The notes under the pieces are model-generated. The model saw only the letters and a program-made list of their open reading frames with translations. It was not told where the DNA came from and ran no database searches. From Myxococcales bacterium (GTDB lineage Bacteria; Myxococcota_A; UBA9042; JABWCM01; BTVJ01), in NCBI GenBank assembly GCA_045863395.1, contig BTVJ01000032.1:18159-82158 (forward strand): a stretch of 64,000 nt of DNA. Direction: 5' to 3'. Both the position numbers and the translations under genes were made by a program. Positions 8,069 to 17,536 of this stretch are shown here, piece after piece. The first letter of the stretch is position 1; each line of letters starts with the position of its first letter.

Positions 8069-11000
8069 TCAGCCTGCCCCGACGCGCAGCACGGCGGGGA
8101 TCTCCGCGCCGGCGAGGTTCACGAGCTCCCGCGCCAGGTCGTCCATGGCGCGCGCCTGCCGGTCCAGCGCCTGGCGGTGGAGCGGGTCCACGACGGCGCT
8201 CGCTCGCTGGCGCAGAGCGGCGGCCAGATCCTGGAGCGTGTCGGCGGGGGCACCCCACCCGGCGCTGGCCGCCTGGGCCCGCAGCGATTCCCAGAGCAGC
8301 CCCCGGAGCCCGTCGCGCAGGTTGGTGGCCTCGGTCGTGCTCCCGCCGAGCCAGTCCAGGAGCTCGACCTCGCCGGCCGGACCGACCTGACCCGCGGCAA
8401 ACGCCCGCCGCCCCGCAGCGGCGTCGCCCGGGATGCGCCGCGTCAAGGTCCACGGCCCGCCCTCGCTCCGCGCCAGGATCCCCTGGCCCTCTGCCAGGGC
8501 GAGCAGCGGGGCTCCCCAGTCGGTGGTGCTCCCCGTGCCGTGCAGCATGCTGCGCGCCGCCTGGGAGTACTCCCGCGTCGTGTGGGGCCAGTAGGTCTGG
8601 TCGGCGGCCGGCATGCGCTCGTAGAGGTCGTGCTCGCTCTGGAGGTTGAGATCGAAGAGGGACGCCCCGACGTGGGCCTGCGCGACGAACACCGTGCGGG
8701 GATCGATGGTGGCGCTGGCCGTCGCGTGGATGGTCGGCAGGTCGGCCCCGGCCATGTGCTGGCCATGGGCCTGGATGGCCGGCCCGATGAGGGTTGCCTC
8801 CTTCGGATAGATGACGAAGCAGTAGCGGGTCGGGACACCGCGGGCCTGCGGCCGGAGCGACCAGAACGGGGTCGCGAACGAGATCGCCTGCCCGATGCGA
8901 CCGGCGAGGTACAGGTTGCGGGCCGTGAGGCGGTCCGCCTCGGCGTCCGCGAAGGTGAGGTGCCCCATGGCCGCGGCGGCCGCCCGCCCGGCGCGCCCCT
9001 CGACCTCCTGCTCCCAGGTGGTCCGCTCCTTGCGGTCGATGGCGTCCCGCTCCGCCGTCTGAATCTGCTCGAGCCGCCGGACGAGCGCGGACGCCTCTTC
9101 GAAGAGCAGGGCGTCGATGCGGGTCTCGCTGCGCAAGGTCGCGTCGGCCCGGGCCGCGATCACACCCTCCAGGGTCTCCCGGAGGCGGTTGGCCGAGTCC
9201 GAGGCCACCTGATCCAGCGGAGTGACGCCCTGTCGCCGCCAGGCGACCAGCTCCTCCTGCTCCGCGCGCGGCAGCGCGAGGAGCGCAGCCGCGAACCGCT
9301 CGCGCAGGGGCTCCGACAGGGACCGGAGCACGGCCTCCGCCGAGGTGGAGGCGCCGCTGGCCACCCGCGCGAGGAGGCGCCGCCGCGTGGTCTCGCCCCC
9401 GCCCACGGGGATCACGGGCCGCACGGCGTTGCGGCCCGTGTCCCGGGCGCCCCTGTCCGCGCCATCGAGGGCGCTGGCCTCGGTCTCGGCCACTGCCTGG
9501 AGCTGCCCGAGCAGGCGCGGCGCCCGGAGCAGGGCGCCGAGCTGATCCGCTGCGCTCCCGAGGGCCCGCAGATAGCCGATGGCCCGGTCGTAGAGGTTGG
9601 TCACGGCGCCGATCTTTGTGTCCCACAGGTGGAAGGTGAAGAAGCGCCGGGCGTCGTCCTTCACCTCGGCGCCCAACTCCACGATCTTGCCGCGGCGGAA
9701 CAGCGACCAGAAGCCCTCGGCCTCCCGGCGGAGCGTCGTCAGCCGGGCCTGGAGGTCCAGGTTTCCGTCCTGCGGCCGGTTCAGCCACGCGCGCGTCTCG
9801 TGGATGGCGATGGAGTCCCGGTTGCGGGCCAGCTCGTCGCACAGCTCCCGGATCCACACCTGGAGCACCCCGATGGCGCCGGCGTCCACGAAGCGGCCGA
9901 CGCGCTGGTCGATGAGCCACCGGAGCCCGGCGTCCGCGGGGTTGTCAAGGTTGGGCGGGACCCGGCTCCACCGGCTCCGGGTGCCATCCAGCAGGGCGGC
10001 CGTCCGCGCCGCCGCGAGCCCCTTGACGTTGCGCTCCACCCAGTCGACGAGCTGCGAGGCGGCGGCGACGGCGTCGTCGGGCTTCTCCGCCCCGGCCAGG
10101 TTGCTCGTGACCCGGTCGAGCCCCTTCTTGAGGGCCTCGTCGTCGGGCCCGAACAGCTCGAAGACCTGGTTGAACTGGTTGCCGCCGTCCGGGCCCACCT
10201 CGCGCATGCGGAGCACGTGCTCCAGGAAGAAGTCCACGCTCGCGTCGACCGTCGCGGCCTCGGGGAGCAGCCGCTTGGTGCCGTCCGGCGCGACGTCGGC
10301 GAGGACCGCCCTCCACGGCCCGTCGGCGGCGGACAGCGCGGTGCCGGCGACCTGGGCACCCCACTCCGCGACCAGCCACTTGGTCAACTGCTGCGCGGGC
10401 ACGGCGAGGGTGACGCCGGCGAGGCTCCCGAGGCGCCGCGGGCTCGGGCTGGCGGCCCAGGAGTCGAGGAGGCGCTGGGCGTCGTCCACGCCGGCCACCA
10501 GGTTGGCGAGCCCGTGGGCCGCCATGTGGATGAGGCTCGGGTAGTCCAGGGTCTGGCCCGCCAGGTTGCGCCCCTCCAGCAGATAGGCGCCGTGCAGGGG
10601 CGGGTCGTCGGGCGACGGCGAGAAGGACCAGGTGCCCTCCGCGGCGCGGAGGGTCCGCGGCGACCGGGGACGGACTCCCGCGGCCCCGTAGCGGTTGAAC
10701 TCGTACTGGAGCTCCAGCAGGGCGCCATAGCCGTTGGCCCCCACCCGGTCCGCGAGGCGCCCCGAGTTGCCACCCCGGGTCACCGAGCCGGCGATGAACA
10801 CGCCGGTCCCGTGGACCTGGACGTTGGGCATGTGGCGCGTCACCTCGGCCCGAGCGATGGTGGCCACGTCGAGGAAGCTCCCGCCGCAGGTGCCGTTGCC
10901 CAGGCTCCCGACGACGAACACCCGCCAGTCTCCCCCCAGGGCGCCCACGCTGCGGATGTTGAGGGCGGTCACGTCGTCGAGCATGGCGCGGACGGTCGCC

Positions 11001-11344
11001 GCGACGTGGTCGGCGTAGCGAAAGGCATAGTAGCGACCGAAGGCCCGGATGGCGCCGCACCCCGAGCTGAAGTCGGTGTCGCCGCTGGGCATGAGCGTCT
11101 CGGGCCACCAGTCCAGGAGCCCCGCGACCCGCTTCTCGTGGAAGTCGTCCACGAAGCGGATCGCGTAGTTGGGGCGGAAGTGCAGGCCCGGCACCCGCCC
11201 CCCCTCCGGGGCATCCACCTTGGCGTCGATGACGCCGAGGGCCACGTGGGCGGGGACCCTGCCCCTCCACTCCTCCAGCAGGGACTTCACCCCCTTCACG
11301 ATCTGGGTCCCGGTCCCGCCCACTCCTAGAATCAAGACTGGCAT
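8069..11344 (-). CDS. FtsZ/tubulin-superfamily GTPase-domain protein (1091 aa; N-terminal tubulin-like domain, long coiled C-terminal region)
   Basis: ATG at 11344 (plus CAT 11342-11344), GGAGG 5 nt upstream, 14 bp after the stop of the vWA gene. N-terminus MPVLILGVGGTGTQIVKG (T1-loop-like GGxG). SSGCGAIRAFG is T3-like. VVGSLGNGTCGGSFLDVATI matches the FtsZ/tubulin signature GGGTG[ST]G (T4). The remaining ~800 aa are Ala/Arg/Leu-rich and helical. The ORF-track ORF 8069..11902 extends upstream into a Gly/Arg/Pro-rich region judged non-coding. Confidence 0.68.
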   Translation of the reverse strand: MPVLILGVGGTGTQIVKGVKSLLEEWRGRVPAHVALGVIDAKVDAPEGGRVPGLHFRPNYAIRFVDDFHEKRVAGLLDWWPETLMPSGDTDFSSGCGAIRAFGRYYAFRYADHVAATVRAMLDDVTALNIRSVGALGGDWRVFVVGSLGNGTCGGSFLDVATIARAEVTRHMPNVQVHGTGVFIAGSVTRGGNSGRLADRVGANGYGALLELQYEFNRYGAAGVRPRSPRTLRAAEGTWSFSPSPDDPPLHGAYLLEGRNLAGQTLDYPSLIHMAAHGLANLVAGVDDAQRLLDSWAASPSPRRLGSLAGVTLAVPAQQLTKWLVAEWGAQVAGTALSAADGPWRAVLADVAPDGTKRLLPEAATVDASVDFFLEHVLRMREVGPDGGNQFNQVFELFGPDDEALKKGLDRVTSNLAGAEKPDDAVAAASQLVDWVERNVKGLAAARTAALLDGTRSRWSRVPPNLDNPADAGLRWLIDQRVGRFVDAGAIGVLQVWIRELCDELARNRDSIAIHETRAWLNRPQDGNLDLQARLTTLRREAEGFWSLFRRGKIVELGAEVKDDARRFFTFHLWDTKIGAVTNLYDRAIGYLRALGSAADQLGALLRAPRLLGQLQAVAETEASALDGADRGARDTGRNAVRPVIPVGGGETTRRRLLARVASGASTSAEAVLRSLSEPLRERFAAALLALPRAEQEELVAWRRQGVTPLDQVASDSANRLRETLEGVIAARADATLRSETRIDALLFEEASALVRRLEQIQTAERDAIDRKERTTWEQEVEGRAGRAAAAAMGHLTFADAEADRLTARNLYLAGRIGQAISFATPFWSLRPQARGVPTRYCFVIYPKEATLIGPAIQAHGQHMAGADLPTIHATASATIDPRTVFVAQAHVGASLFDLNLQSEHDLYERMPAADQTYWPHTTREYSQAARSMLHGTGSTTDWGAPLLALAEGQGILARSEGGPWTLTRRIPGDAAAGRRAFAAGQVGPAGEVELLDWLGGSTTEATNLRDGLRGLLWESLRAQAASAGWGAPADTLQDLAAALRQRASAVVDPLHRQALDRQARAMDDLARELVNLAGAEIPAVLRVGAG

Positions 11345-11358
11345 GACGCCCTCCGGTG

Positions 11359-13734
11359 TCAGTGTTCCTCGACTCGAATCGGGTACGCGGTGGTGTCGAC
11401 CACCGACCCGCCCTGCAATTCGCGCAGCATGATCGAGCGCCCGCCGTGGCGAGCCTCGTCCAGGGTGATCACCCGCGCCTCCCGCTGGATCCGGCGCCGA
11501 GACGGGCGCCGAAGCCGCGGCAGGGGGTCCGTGTCCCCATCCAGGGACGCCTCCCGATCCAGCTCCCCTTCCCCCGCGGGCAGCGTCGCGTCCCACAGGC
11601 GGAAGGTGCCGGGCATGGACCCGGGCAGCACCCCGAGCACGGGCATGCCGCGGGCCAGGTCGCTGCCGGTGAACGCCTCGCGGGTGGCCTGGGTGAACCC
11701 GCCGGCCTGGAGGTGCACGAAGAGCGGCTGGCGGCGGATCAGCGCCCAGGCGCCCTTGAGGCCGGCGCCGTGGGCGGTGCGCAGGTCCCGATTGTCCGTC
11801 GAGGTCCCGATGAAGAGCCCCGGTGGGAGCTGCGGGCGCGTCGCCCACAGGACCGCGAGCACCAGGAGGAGGACTCCCGCGATGCCGATTGCCACCCACC
11901 ACAGCCAGAAGAGCGGCGGGGACTCGATGACCAGCGGGATCTCCACGCAGTGCTCGCCGGCGCTCGCCGCCGGAGGGACGCAGTCCGGGCAGCGCACGAG
12001 GACGGGGCGCGCGGGCATCGGGGGAGCCGCAAGCTCGGGGCGGAAGCAGGCGCGGGCGACGTAGCTGCCCGGCGGCGGGTCGAAGCCGAGGCCGAAGGCG
12101 CGCTCCCAGTGGTCTTGTCGCTCCGCGGGAGACACGACGTGGAGGTCACCGCCGCACGCCAGGTCGATGACCCCGGAGCGGGGGCCGCCAGGCACGGCGA
12201 TGATCCGGGCGGCGTCGGCCACGTCCTTGCCCGTCTCGTCGGTCAGGGTCACCCGCGTGGGGATCGTGGCGGGGCCACAGCGCTCGTCACAGGACACGCC
12301 GAGGCGGCGGCTCGCCTGCTCGTAGACGTGGAGCCAGTCTGCCCGGAGGGGGCCGAGAGGGGCGTCGGGGCGCATGGAGTCTCCGCCGACGACCGTGTAG
12401 AGGCACGGCGGAGGCGGAGGCGGAGGCGGGACATACACCTTGACGGAGACGTCGCCGAGGCGCAGGAGCCCCCCGTCGTCGTCCTGGGGCAGCACGAAGG
12501 AACTCCCTGGCCACGCGCGCTTGAGCTCGGCGCAGAGCGCGTCATGGACCAGCCGGACGGGCGCGGCGCCCTCCGGCACGTCGCCCGCGGGGAGCACCGC
12601 GGTGGTCGCGCCCTCGATGCGCGGGCGCAGGGAGCCACGCTCGAAGCGGAGTGTCTTCCGCTCGCCCTCTACTCTGCGGGGCGGAGCGGTGATCGACCAC
12701 TCGGCGGTCCGGGTGGTCCCGACCCGGACGTCCCACCGGACCTCCGCCTGGACGGCCAGGGTCGATCGGGGAGACGGGGCCGGGTCGGCAGGCTCTCCGC
12801 GACACACGAGCAGACTCGCGGCCTCGTCTGATCGAAGCCCAGCGCCGTGCCCCCGCGCCACGAGCCGCAGCGTCCGGGGCACCTCCAGCTCCACCTTGTG
12901 CCCCTCGGGCGGCTTGGTGGGGTCGTAGACCGCCGCCAACGTTGGGAGGCCAAAGAGGACGTCGTAGACCACGTGGTCGGGCGGCGGGGTGGTGCAGGCC
13001 GGATGGTCCGCGCAGTCTGGATCGTCACAGTCGGCGCGCCCGTCCCGGTCCTCGTCGATGCCGCCGGTGCAGATCTCGGGCGGCGGTGGCACGTAGACGT
13101 CGCAACGATCCCACCGCAGGCGCAGGCGCCGCTGCTGGCGTTCGACCCACTCCACGTAGGGGCGGTTGTCGAAGCCGCGCCGCACCTCTTCTTCACCGTC
13201 GGTGACCACGCAGATGTCGAAGAGGCTCGCGTCGTCGGGGATGTCCTTGTCGGTCGTGAACTCGGCGCCCAGCTCCAGCTCCGTCTTGATGACCTGGAAG
13301 ATGGAGTAGGAGATGTAGCTCTTCGGCGCGTTGTAGAGGCGCGCGTCGTCGCTGAAGGCGGCGTCGACGCGCGAGGCGGCCTCGTCGGGCAGGAGCCCCA
13401 CGGCCCCGCCGATGGGCGCGTGCTGGTCCTTGTCACCGAGCTGCCAGAAGCTCACGCGGACGTCGTCCCGCCCCCGGTGCCCAGCGAGCAGGTCCCGCGC
13501 CCGCCGTCGCGCCCCCTCCATGGCCTGCGTGAACGAGAAGGCCCGCGGCTGCCCGGTGGCGGGGTCCTTGGCCCACGACATGGAGCCGCTGCGGTCGACG
13601 AGGAAGAGGACGCGGCGCTCGGGCGCGGCGTCAGCCACGGCGGGCGCGAGGAGGGTGGACAGCACGAGGGAGGCACAGACGAGCGCCACGCGCGGCCAGC
13701 CCAGAACCCTCAGGTGTGCACCCCGCTCGACCAT
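11359..13734 (-). CDS. Secreted/membrane-anchored von Willebrand factor A (vWA) domain protein (791 aa)
   Basis: ATG at 13734 (plus CAT 13732-13734). Signal-peptide-like N-terminus MVERGAHLRVLGWPRVALVCASLVLSTLLAPAVADA. MIDAS motif RVLFLVDRSGSM...TDGEE. Cys-rich module CDVYVPPPPEICTGGIDEDRDGRADCDDPDCADHPAC and a PPPPPPPP stretch. C-proximal TM helix FWLWWVAIGIAGVLLLVLAVLW followed by a ~170-aa tail. Confidence 0.75.
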   Translation of the reverse strand: MVERGAHLRVLGWPRVALVCASLVLSTLLAPAVADAAPERRVLFLVDRSGSMSWAKDPATGQPRAFSFTQAMEGARRRARDLLAGHRGRDDVRVSFWQLGDKDQHAPIGGAVGLLPDEAASRVDAAFSDDARLYNAPKSYISYSIFQVIKTELELGAEFTTDKDIPDDASLFDICVVTDGEEEVRRGFDNRPYVEWVERQQRRLRLRWDRCDVYVPPPPEICTGGIDEDRDGRADCDDPDCADHPACTTPPPDHVVYDVLFGLPTLAAVYDPTKPPEGHKVELEVPRTLRLVARGHGAGLRSDEAASLLVCRGEPADPAPSPRSTLAVQAEVRWDVRVGTTRTAEWSITAPPRRVEGERKTLRFERGSLRPRIEGATTAVLPAGDVPEGAAPVRLVHDALCAELKRAWPGSSFVLPQDDDGGLLRLGDVSVKVYVPPPPPPPPCLYTVVGGDSMRPDAPLGPLRADWLHVYEQASRRLGVSCDERCGPATIPTRVTLTDETGKDVADAARIIAVPGGPRSGVIDLACGGDLHVVSPAERQDHWERAFGLGFDPPPGSYVARACFRPELAAPPMPARPVLVRCPDCVPPAASAGEHCVEIPLVIESPPLFWLWWVAIGIAGVLLLVLAVLWATRPQLPPGLFIGTSTDNRDLRTAHGAGLKGAWALIRRQPLFVHLQAGGFTQATREAFTGSDLARGMPVLGVLPGSMPGTFRLWDATLPAGEGELDREASLDGDTDPLPRLRRPSRRRIQREARVITLDEARHGGRSIMLRELQGGSVVDTTAYPIRVEEH

Positions 13735-13843
13735 GGCCGCGACGGTAGACCACCACGGCCAATCTGGCAAGGCGCAAGTGGCATAGAGACACAACGAGGC
13801 ACTCCTCCCGCACGGCAGCACTGTGAGCGGTTTCTGGGCGCGA

Positions 13844-16800
13844 TCATCCTCCCTCGCCCGCTGCGCCGCGGCCCTGGGCGATCAGTCCAAGGAAGATGCC
13901 ACCGAAGACCGACATGGCCGTCCACATGACGACCGCAGCGAACCAGACGTCGGACCCAAGTTGCAGCGCCCCGGCACCGGCACCGGAGAGCAAGGCGGCG
14001 TCCGTGTCACCCATCGCCACGAGGAGTCCTGCACTCTCGAGCGCCGCGATCACGACCGCAACGCCATAGACGGGAAGGATGCGCCGACCGACCAGGCCCC
14101 ACGTTCCACCGGTGGGCGACTGCACGCGCTTGCGCAGGTCGAAGGCCAGGAAGGCCAGCCCCCCAAAGAGCGCCAGCACGACCACGGAGACATAGGAGAT
14201 GCCTCCGGTCGCCGCCAGGTCGTTCCAGGTCTTTGCCAGGCTCAGCGTGAACATGCCGCCACCCAGCACGCCGGACCACAGGGGTGAAAAGCGCGCCAGC
14301 ATACCCGGCGCGTTGACCTCGGGCCGCTCCTTCTTCAGTCGCTGCTTCAGGAGGCCCGCCATGTCGAAGCGGAGCTGACGCAGCAGGAAGCCGTGGGCCT
14401 CGACCAGGAGCCTCGGGGACGCCGCTCGAAGTGCGTCTGCGGACCTGTTGTCGTTGGTTGACGGGTCGCCCACTCCCAGCACCGCACACAGCGCTGCCTC
14501 GTCGAGTGACGCGAGGGCACGCTCCAGGTCTTTGTCCGCGTTTCTGCGAACCATGACGGAATCGCGCACGGATGTCGCCCACCCGTCGAGGTCGCCCACC
14601 ATGGTCTCGAAGAGGGCCATCTCCGGCCACGCAAGCCCCGCCGAACGAAGCGCCGCGAAAAACCGCGGCAGCTCCTCCCGCATCGACTCAAGCTCGCCCG
14701 CATCCAGACGGTCCGCTTCACCTCGGGCAACGACGACCCTGAGTCTTGAAACGATATCCCTCCCCGCGGCCCGGGCATCCGCAGTGTCACCACCGAGCGC
14801 GGCTGCCCAACCCAACAACCCGGGCTCCTTGTCGGGACTCACTCCCAGAAGCCGCTCCAAGTCCCATGCCCAGTCACTGACACGGGCCCAGGTCGCGGGA
14901 TGTGCCGTCACGTCCGGGAGAGTGGGTCTTGTCTCCGGTATGGTCTGGATGGCCTCACCCAGATCGACCGCCCCCATCATGGCAAGTGCGTCGGCAACGG
15001 CGTGCAGCCGAGCGCGAAGTCGCACCCAGGCCCCTTCTGTTCCGCCCGGTCCGCCGCGGACACGCGCGGCGTCCAGCGCCCTCATCGCTCCGAGCAGCAC
15101 GTGCATCCGGGTCCCGCTCCAGGGTAGGACACTCTCTGCCTCCTCCCAGAACGAGTCGGGCGGGTCGAGGCGAAGCAACGCCCACAGGAGCCGCACACTC
15201 TGCACCACGTCGGGGACCAGCACCTCCGCGTTCTGCGGCAAACCTTCCAGGAGTGACGCGAGCCCGATTGCCGCCTGATCGATCAGGAACTTGTCGCCAT
15301 CGTCCCCTGCGTCCGCCCTCTCGCATCCCTTCGCAAGCACCGCGTGAACCGTCGCAGCCGTGACCTGGTGGTCGTGCAGGAGCCACCGGAGCCCTCCAAC
15401 ACCCGCGCTCGTGAGCCGCACTGCCAGGTCGGCGCGTCCCACCCGTCCAGCGGTCGCGTCAGGCGTGCCCCCAAGGTGCCACACATCCGGGAGCCCCGCC
15501 TCCTCCAGCAAGGCGCCCCACGGCAGATCGCGCGTCGCTGGGGCCTCGAGGAGCAACACGAGCTCCGCCACCCTCGCCGCGAGCCACAGAGGGTCGCGCA
15601 GCGCAACCACCGATGAGCGACACAGCCGGAGACGCTCGATGACCGCGTCCGCGTCTACCCGGGCCACGGCGGGCAGCCCGCGTCCGAGAGCGAGCGACGC
15701 TGCCACGTCGAACGGGGCGAGCGCCGCCACAGCGGCATCCACGTCAGGGACCGCCTCGGGGGCGTGAGCGACGACGAACGCCAGACTCACTGCGGCGGAG
15801 CACCCGAGGTCCGCCGCCGGCCCGAGACGACCCCCATGCCTGGCGAGGAGCCCGGGGCTCAGCATCGCGTCCACGACGAGCTGGCGAGCACGGGGATAGG
15901 CGGTCAACGCACGCACGAGCGCGCGCAGACCCATGTGGTGCTGGTAGCCTGGCGTGCCCTTGTGCATCAGAGTGCGGCTGAGGGCAGTGATGGCGGCAAT
16001 CCAGGGAGCCTCCCCCAGTGGACGCGTGGCAAGCTCGGCGAAACCATGGAGTGCCGCGGACTGGTCGAATGGATCCTCGGGCAGCGGTGCCGCGAGCAGG
16101 ACCTCCGCGTCCAAGCCCGGCAACGGCACACCTCGCCCAGCGAGGGCGCAACGCAGGTGGATGAAGTGACGTCTCACGTGCTTGCGGCGGAGCGGGTCAT
16201 CACCAAACCACCTCTCCACCAGCGGATCGGGGTGAGCGCCAGCGCTCAAGCGCTCGTTGGCGGCGGCGAGCTCTTCGTGGAGACTCGGGGAACGACTCGC
16301 CAGCGCAGCAAGGGCGCAGGATGCTGGAATCCACGTAGAGCGGACACGCGCGTGGAACGCCTCGCGGACGAAAGTGACAATCGGCTCAGTCGGCGGAGCC
16401 CAGCACAGCGCCAGGAGGGTCGGGGCCCATGTGAGATCTTCTCCGTCGCTCCTGCGTGGGCGCGGGACGCCCCGTGCACCAGCCGAATTGCCCTCGTCGA
16501 CCGGTCCGCGCCTGCTCACAGGCGCCGCCTGGGCGTCCGCTCCTCGGGGAGCGAACACCCACGGAAGCAGGCTCGGGTCGTCGAGCAGAACGCCGGCCCA
16601 ACTCTGCGTCACAGGGTCGAGCGTGGGCCACTGCGCCACGAGCGCTGCTCCGCTCTTTCCGACGAGCCGTACGAGCTGGGCTACGCGCCGCACGGCCTCG
16701 GACGCCGGCTTCCCGCGCAGCGGCGGTAGAGTGCGCAGCGCCGCGCGGATTCGCGACGCCCCCTCGCCCGACCCGTCCCAGCCGTCCAGCAGCGCTGCGG

Positions 16801-16852
16801 CGGCCTCGTATTCCTCAGAAGCGTCGGATATCGCGACCATGTCTGCCCTCAT
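13844..16852 (-). CDS. Large alpha-helical (HEAT/ARM-like) protein with C-terminal polytopic membrane domain (~1002 aa)
   Basis: The ORF-track ORF begins at a TTG (16912). The first ATG is at 16852 (MRADMVAISDASEEY), with an alternative ATG at 16840. About 860 aa of Leu/Ala-rich helical repeats precede 4-5 TM helices at the extreme C-terminus (GGMFTLSLA...VVVLALFGGLAFLAF...VYGVAVVIAALESAGLLVAMG...VWFAAVVMWTAMSVFGGIFLGLIA). It is the first gene of the minus-strand operon, downstream of the repeat-rich intergenic region. Confidence 0.58.
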   Translation of the reverse strand: MRADMVAISDASEEYEAAAALLDGWDGSGEGASRIRAALRTLPPLRGKPASEAVRRVAQLVRLVGKSGAALVAQWPTLDPVTQSWAGVLLDDPSLLPWVFAPRGADAQAAPVSRRGPVDEGNSAGARGVPRPRRSDGEDLTWAPTLLALCWAPPTEPIVTFVREAFHARVRSTWIPASCALAALASRSPSLHEELAAANERLSAGAHPDPLVERWFGDDPLRRKHVRRHFIHLRCALAGRGVPLPGLDAEVLLAAPLPEDPFDQSAALHGFAELATRPLGEAPWIAAITALSRTLMHKGTPGYQHHMGLRALVRALTAYPRARQLVVDAMLSPGLLARHGGRLGPAADLGCSAAVSLAFVVAHAPEAVPDVDAAVAALAPFDVAASLALGRGLPAVARVDADAVIERLRLCRSSVVALRDPLWLAARVAELVLLLEAPATRDLPWGALLEEAGLPDVWHLGGTPDATAGRVGRADLAVRLTSAGVGGLRWLLHDHQVTAATVHAVLAKGCERADAGDDGDKFLIDQAAIGLASLLEGLPQNAEVLVPDVVQSVRLLWALLRLDPPDSFWEEAESVLPWSGTRMHVLLGAMRALDAARVRGGPGGTEGAWVRLRARLHAVADALAMMGAVDLGEAIQTIPETRPTLPDVTAHPATWARVSDWAWDLERLLGVSPDKEPGLLGWAAALGGDTADARAAGRDIVSRLRVVVARGEADRLDAGELESMREELPRFFAALRSAGLAWPEMALFETMVGDLDGWATSVRDSVMVRRNADKDLERALASLDEAALCAVLGVGDPSTNDNRSADALRAASPRLLVEAHGFLLRQLRFDMAGLLKQRLKKERPEVNAPGMLARFSPLWSGVLGGGMFTLSLAKTWNDLAATGGISYVSVVVLALFGGLAFLAFDLRKRVQSPTGGTWGLVGRRILPVYGVAVVIAALESAGLLVAMGDTDAALLSGAGAGALQLGSDVWFAAVVMWTAMSVFGGIFLGLIAQGRGAAGEGG

Positions 16853-16933
16853 CTGGTCCCAACTCGCCTTTGCCTGGGTGCCGACGGTGCCACTCCCGAG
16901 TCGACGGGTCAACCCTCGTGGGTGTACTGCGGC

Positions 16934-17121
16934 CTCTTAGAGGGTGTATTCAAAATGGCCCGTCGCGAGCGCGTGGGCGCGCCCGCATGGCAAGGAGCGG
17001 GCTTCCCGACGAGGGGGCGCGTACTCGTGGTACTCGTCCCCTCGTCGGGAGGCCCGCGACGCGGCCAAGCGGGATGCGACCGCGCGCGTAGCAGGGCCAT
17101 TTTGAATACACCCTCTTAGGC
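16934..17121. repeat. Hairpin element: ~22-27-bp near-perfect terminal inverted repeats flanking a ~134-bp GC-rich core with a nested hairpin
   Basis: Left arm ctcttagagggtgtattcaaaatggcc (16934-16960); right arm ggccattttgaatacaccctcttagg (17095-17121). 22 bp are perfect, the extension has 1 mismatch. The AT-rich arm core tattcaaaatgg stands out in 70% GC DNA. Inner nested IR cccgacgaggggg...cccctcgtcggg (around 17020-17065). Confidence 0.7.
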
Positions 17122-17274
17122 GCCGGTGCATAATAACCTGATCCATCGAGGGCCCCGATGCGCCCCGCTGGCAGTCTGGCGGGACCGCAGGCAGGGCCAG
17201 GTCCTTCCAAGGTCTCGCCAGGCTGTCAGCGGGGATGCAGCGGGGGCCGAATGGCACAGGTTATTGTGCACCGG
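17121..17274. repeat. Second hairpin element directly abutting the first: 20-bp inverted repeats (1 mismatch) flanking ~114 bp
   Basis: cgccggtgcataataacctg (17121-17140) versus caggttattgtgcaccggcg (17255-17274). Both elements are followed by the pentamer cttag. Confidence 0.65.
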
Positions 17275-17536
17275 CGCCTTAGTCGTAGCGCACCTCCCCG
17301 AGGCACCTCCAGGCCCAAAGCTCCCGGGGGCCCAACGCGTGCGGGGACCACCAATCGCCAGGACCACCAGCGCACTCCCACCACCGGACCCGGGCTTGAC
17401 AGGAACGCCGTGGATGAAGCACCGTAGCGCAGTCGGCACCGTAAGCGCCCGTGCAGTAATGGCCGGTCCATTCTGCCCCTCCTGCATCCCCGCTGCAACC
17501 TGGCGATACCCTGGAAGGACGCGGCCCTGCCTGTGG
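17185..17536. repeat. ~70-bp sequence present twice in inverted orientation (~85% identity), ~213 bp apart
   Basis: The reverse complement of 17185-17254 (ccattcggcccccgctgcatccccgctgacagcctggcgagaccttggaaggacctggccctgcctgcgg) aligns with 17468-17536 (ccattctgcccctcctgcatccccgctgcaacctggcgataccctggaaggacgcggccctgcctgtgg). Compared by eye. Confidence 0.6.

Noticed and set aside
8177-11329. 1050-aa plus-strand ORF (also 7878..9920 and 9945..11270 on minus)
   Set aside because: Antisense or alternate frames of the tubulin-like gene. RGPA-rich composition with no start context.
11356-13929. 491-aa and 360-aa plus-strand ORFs
   Set aside because: Antisense to the vWA gene, which has a signal peptide, MIDAS motif and RBS.
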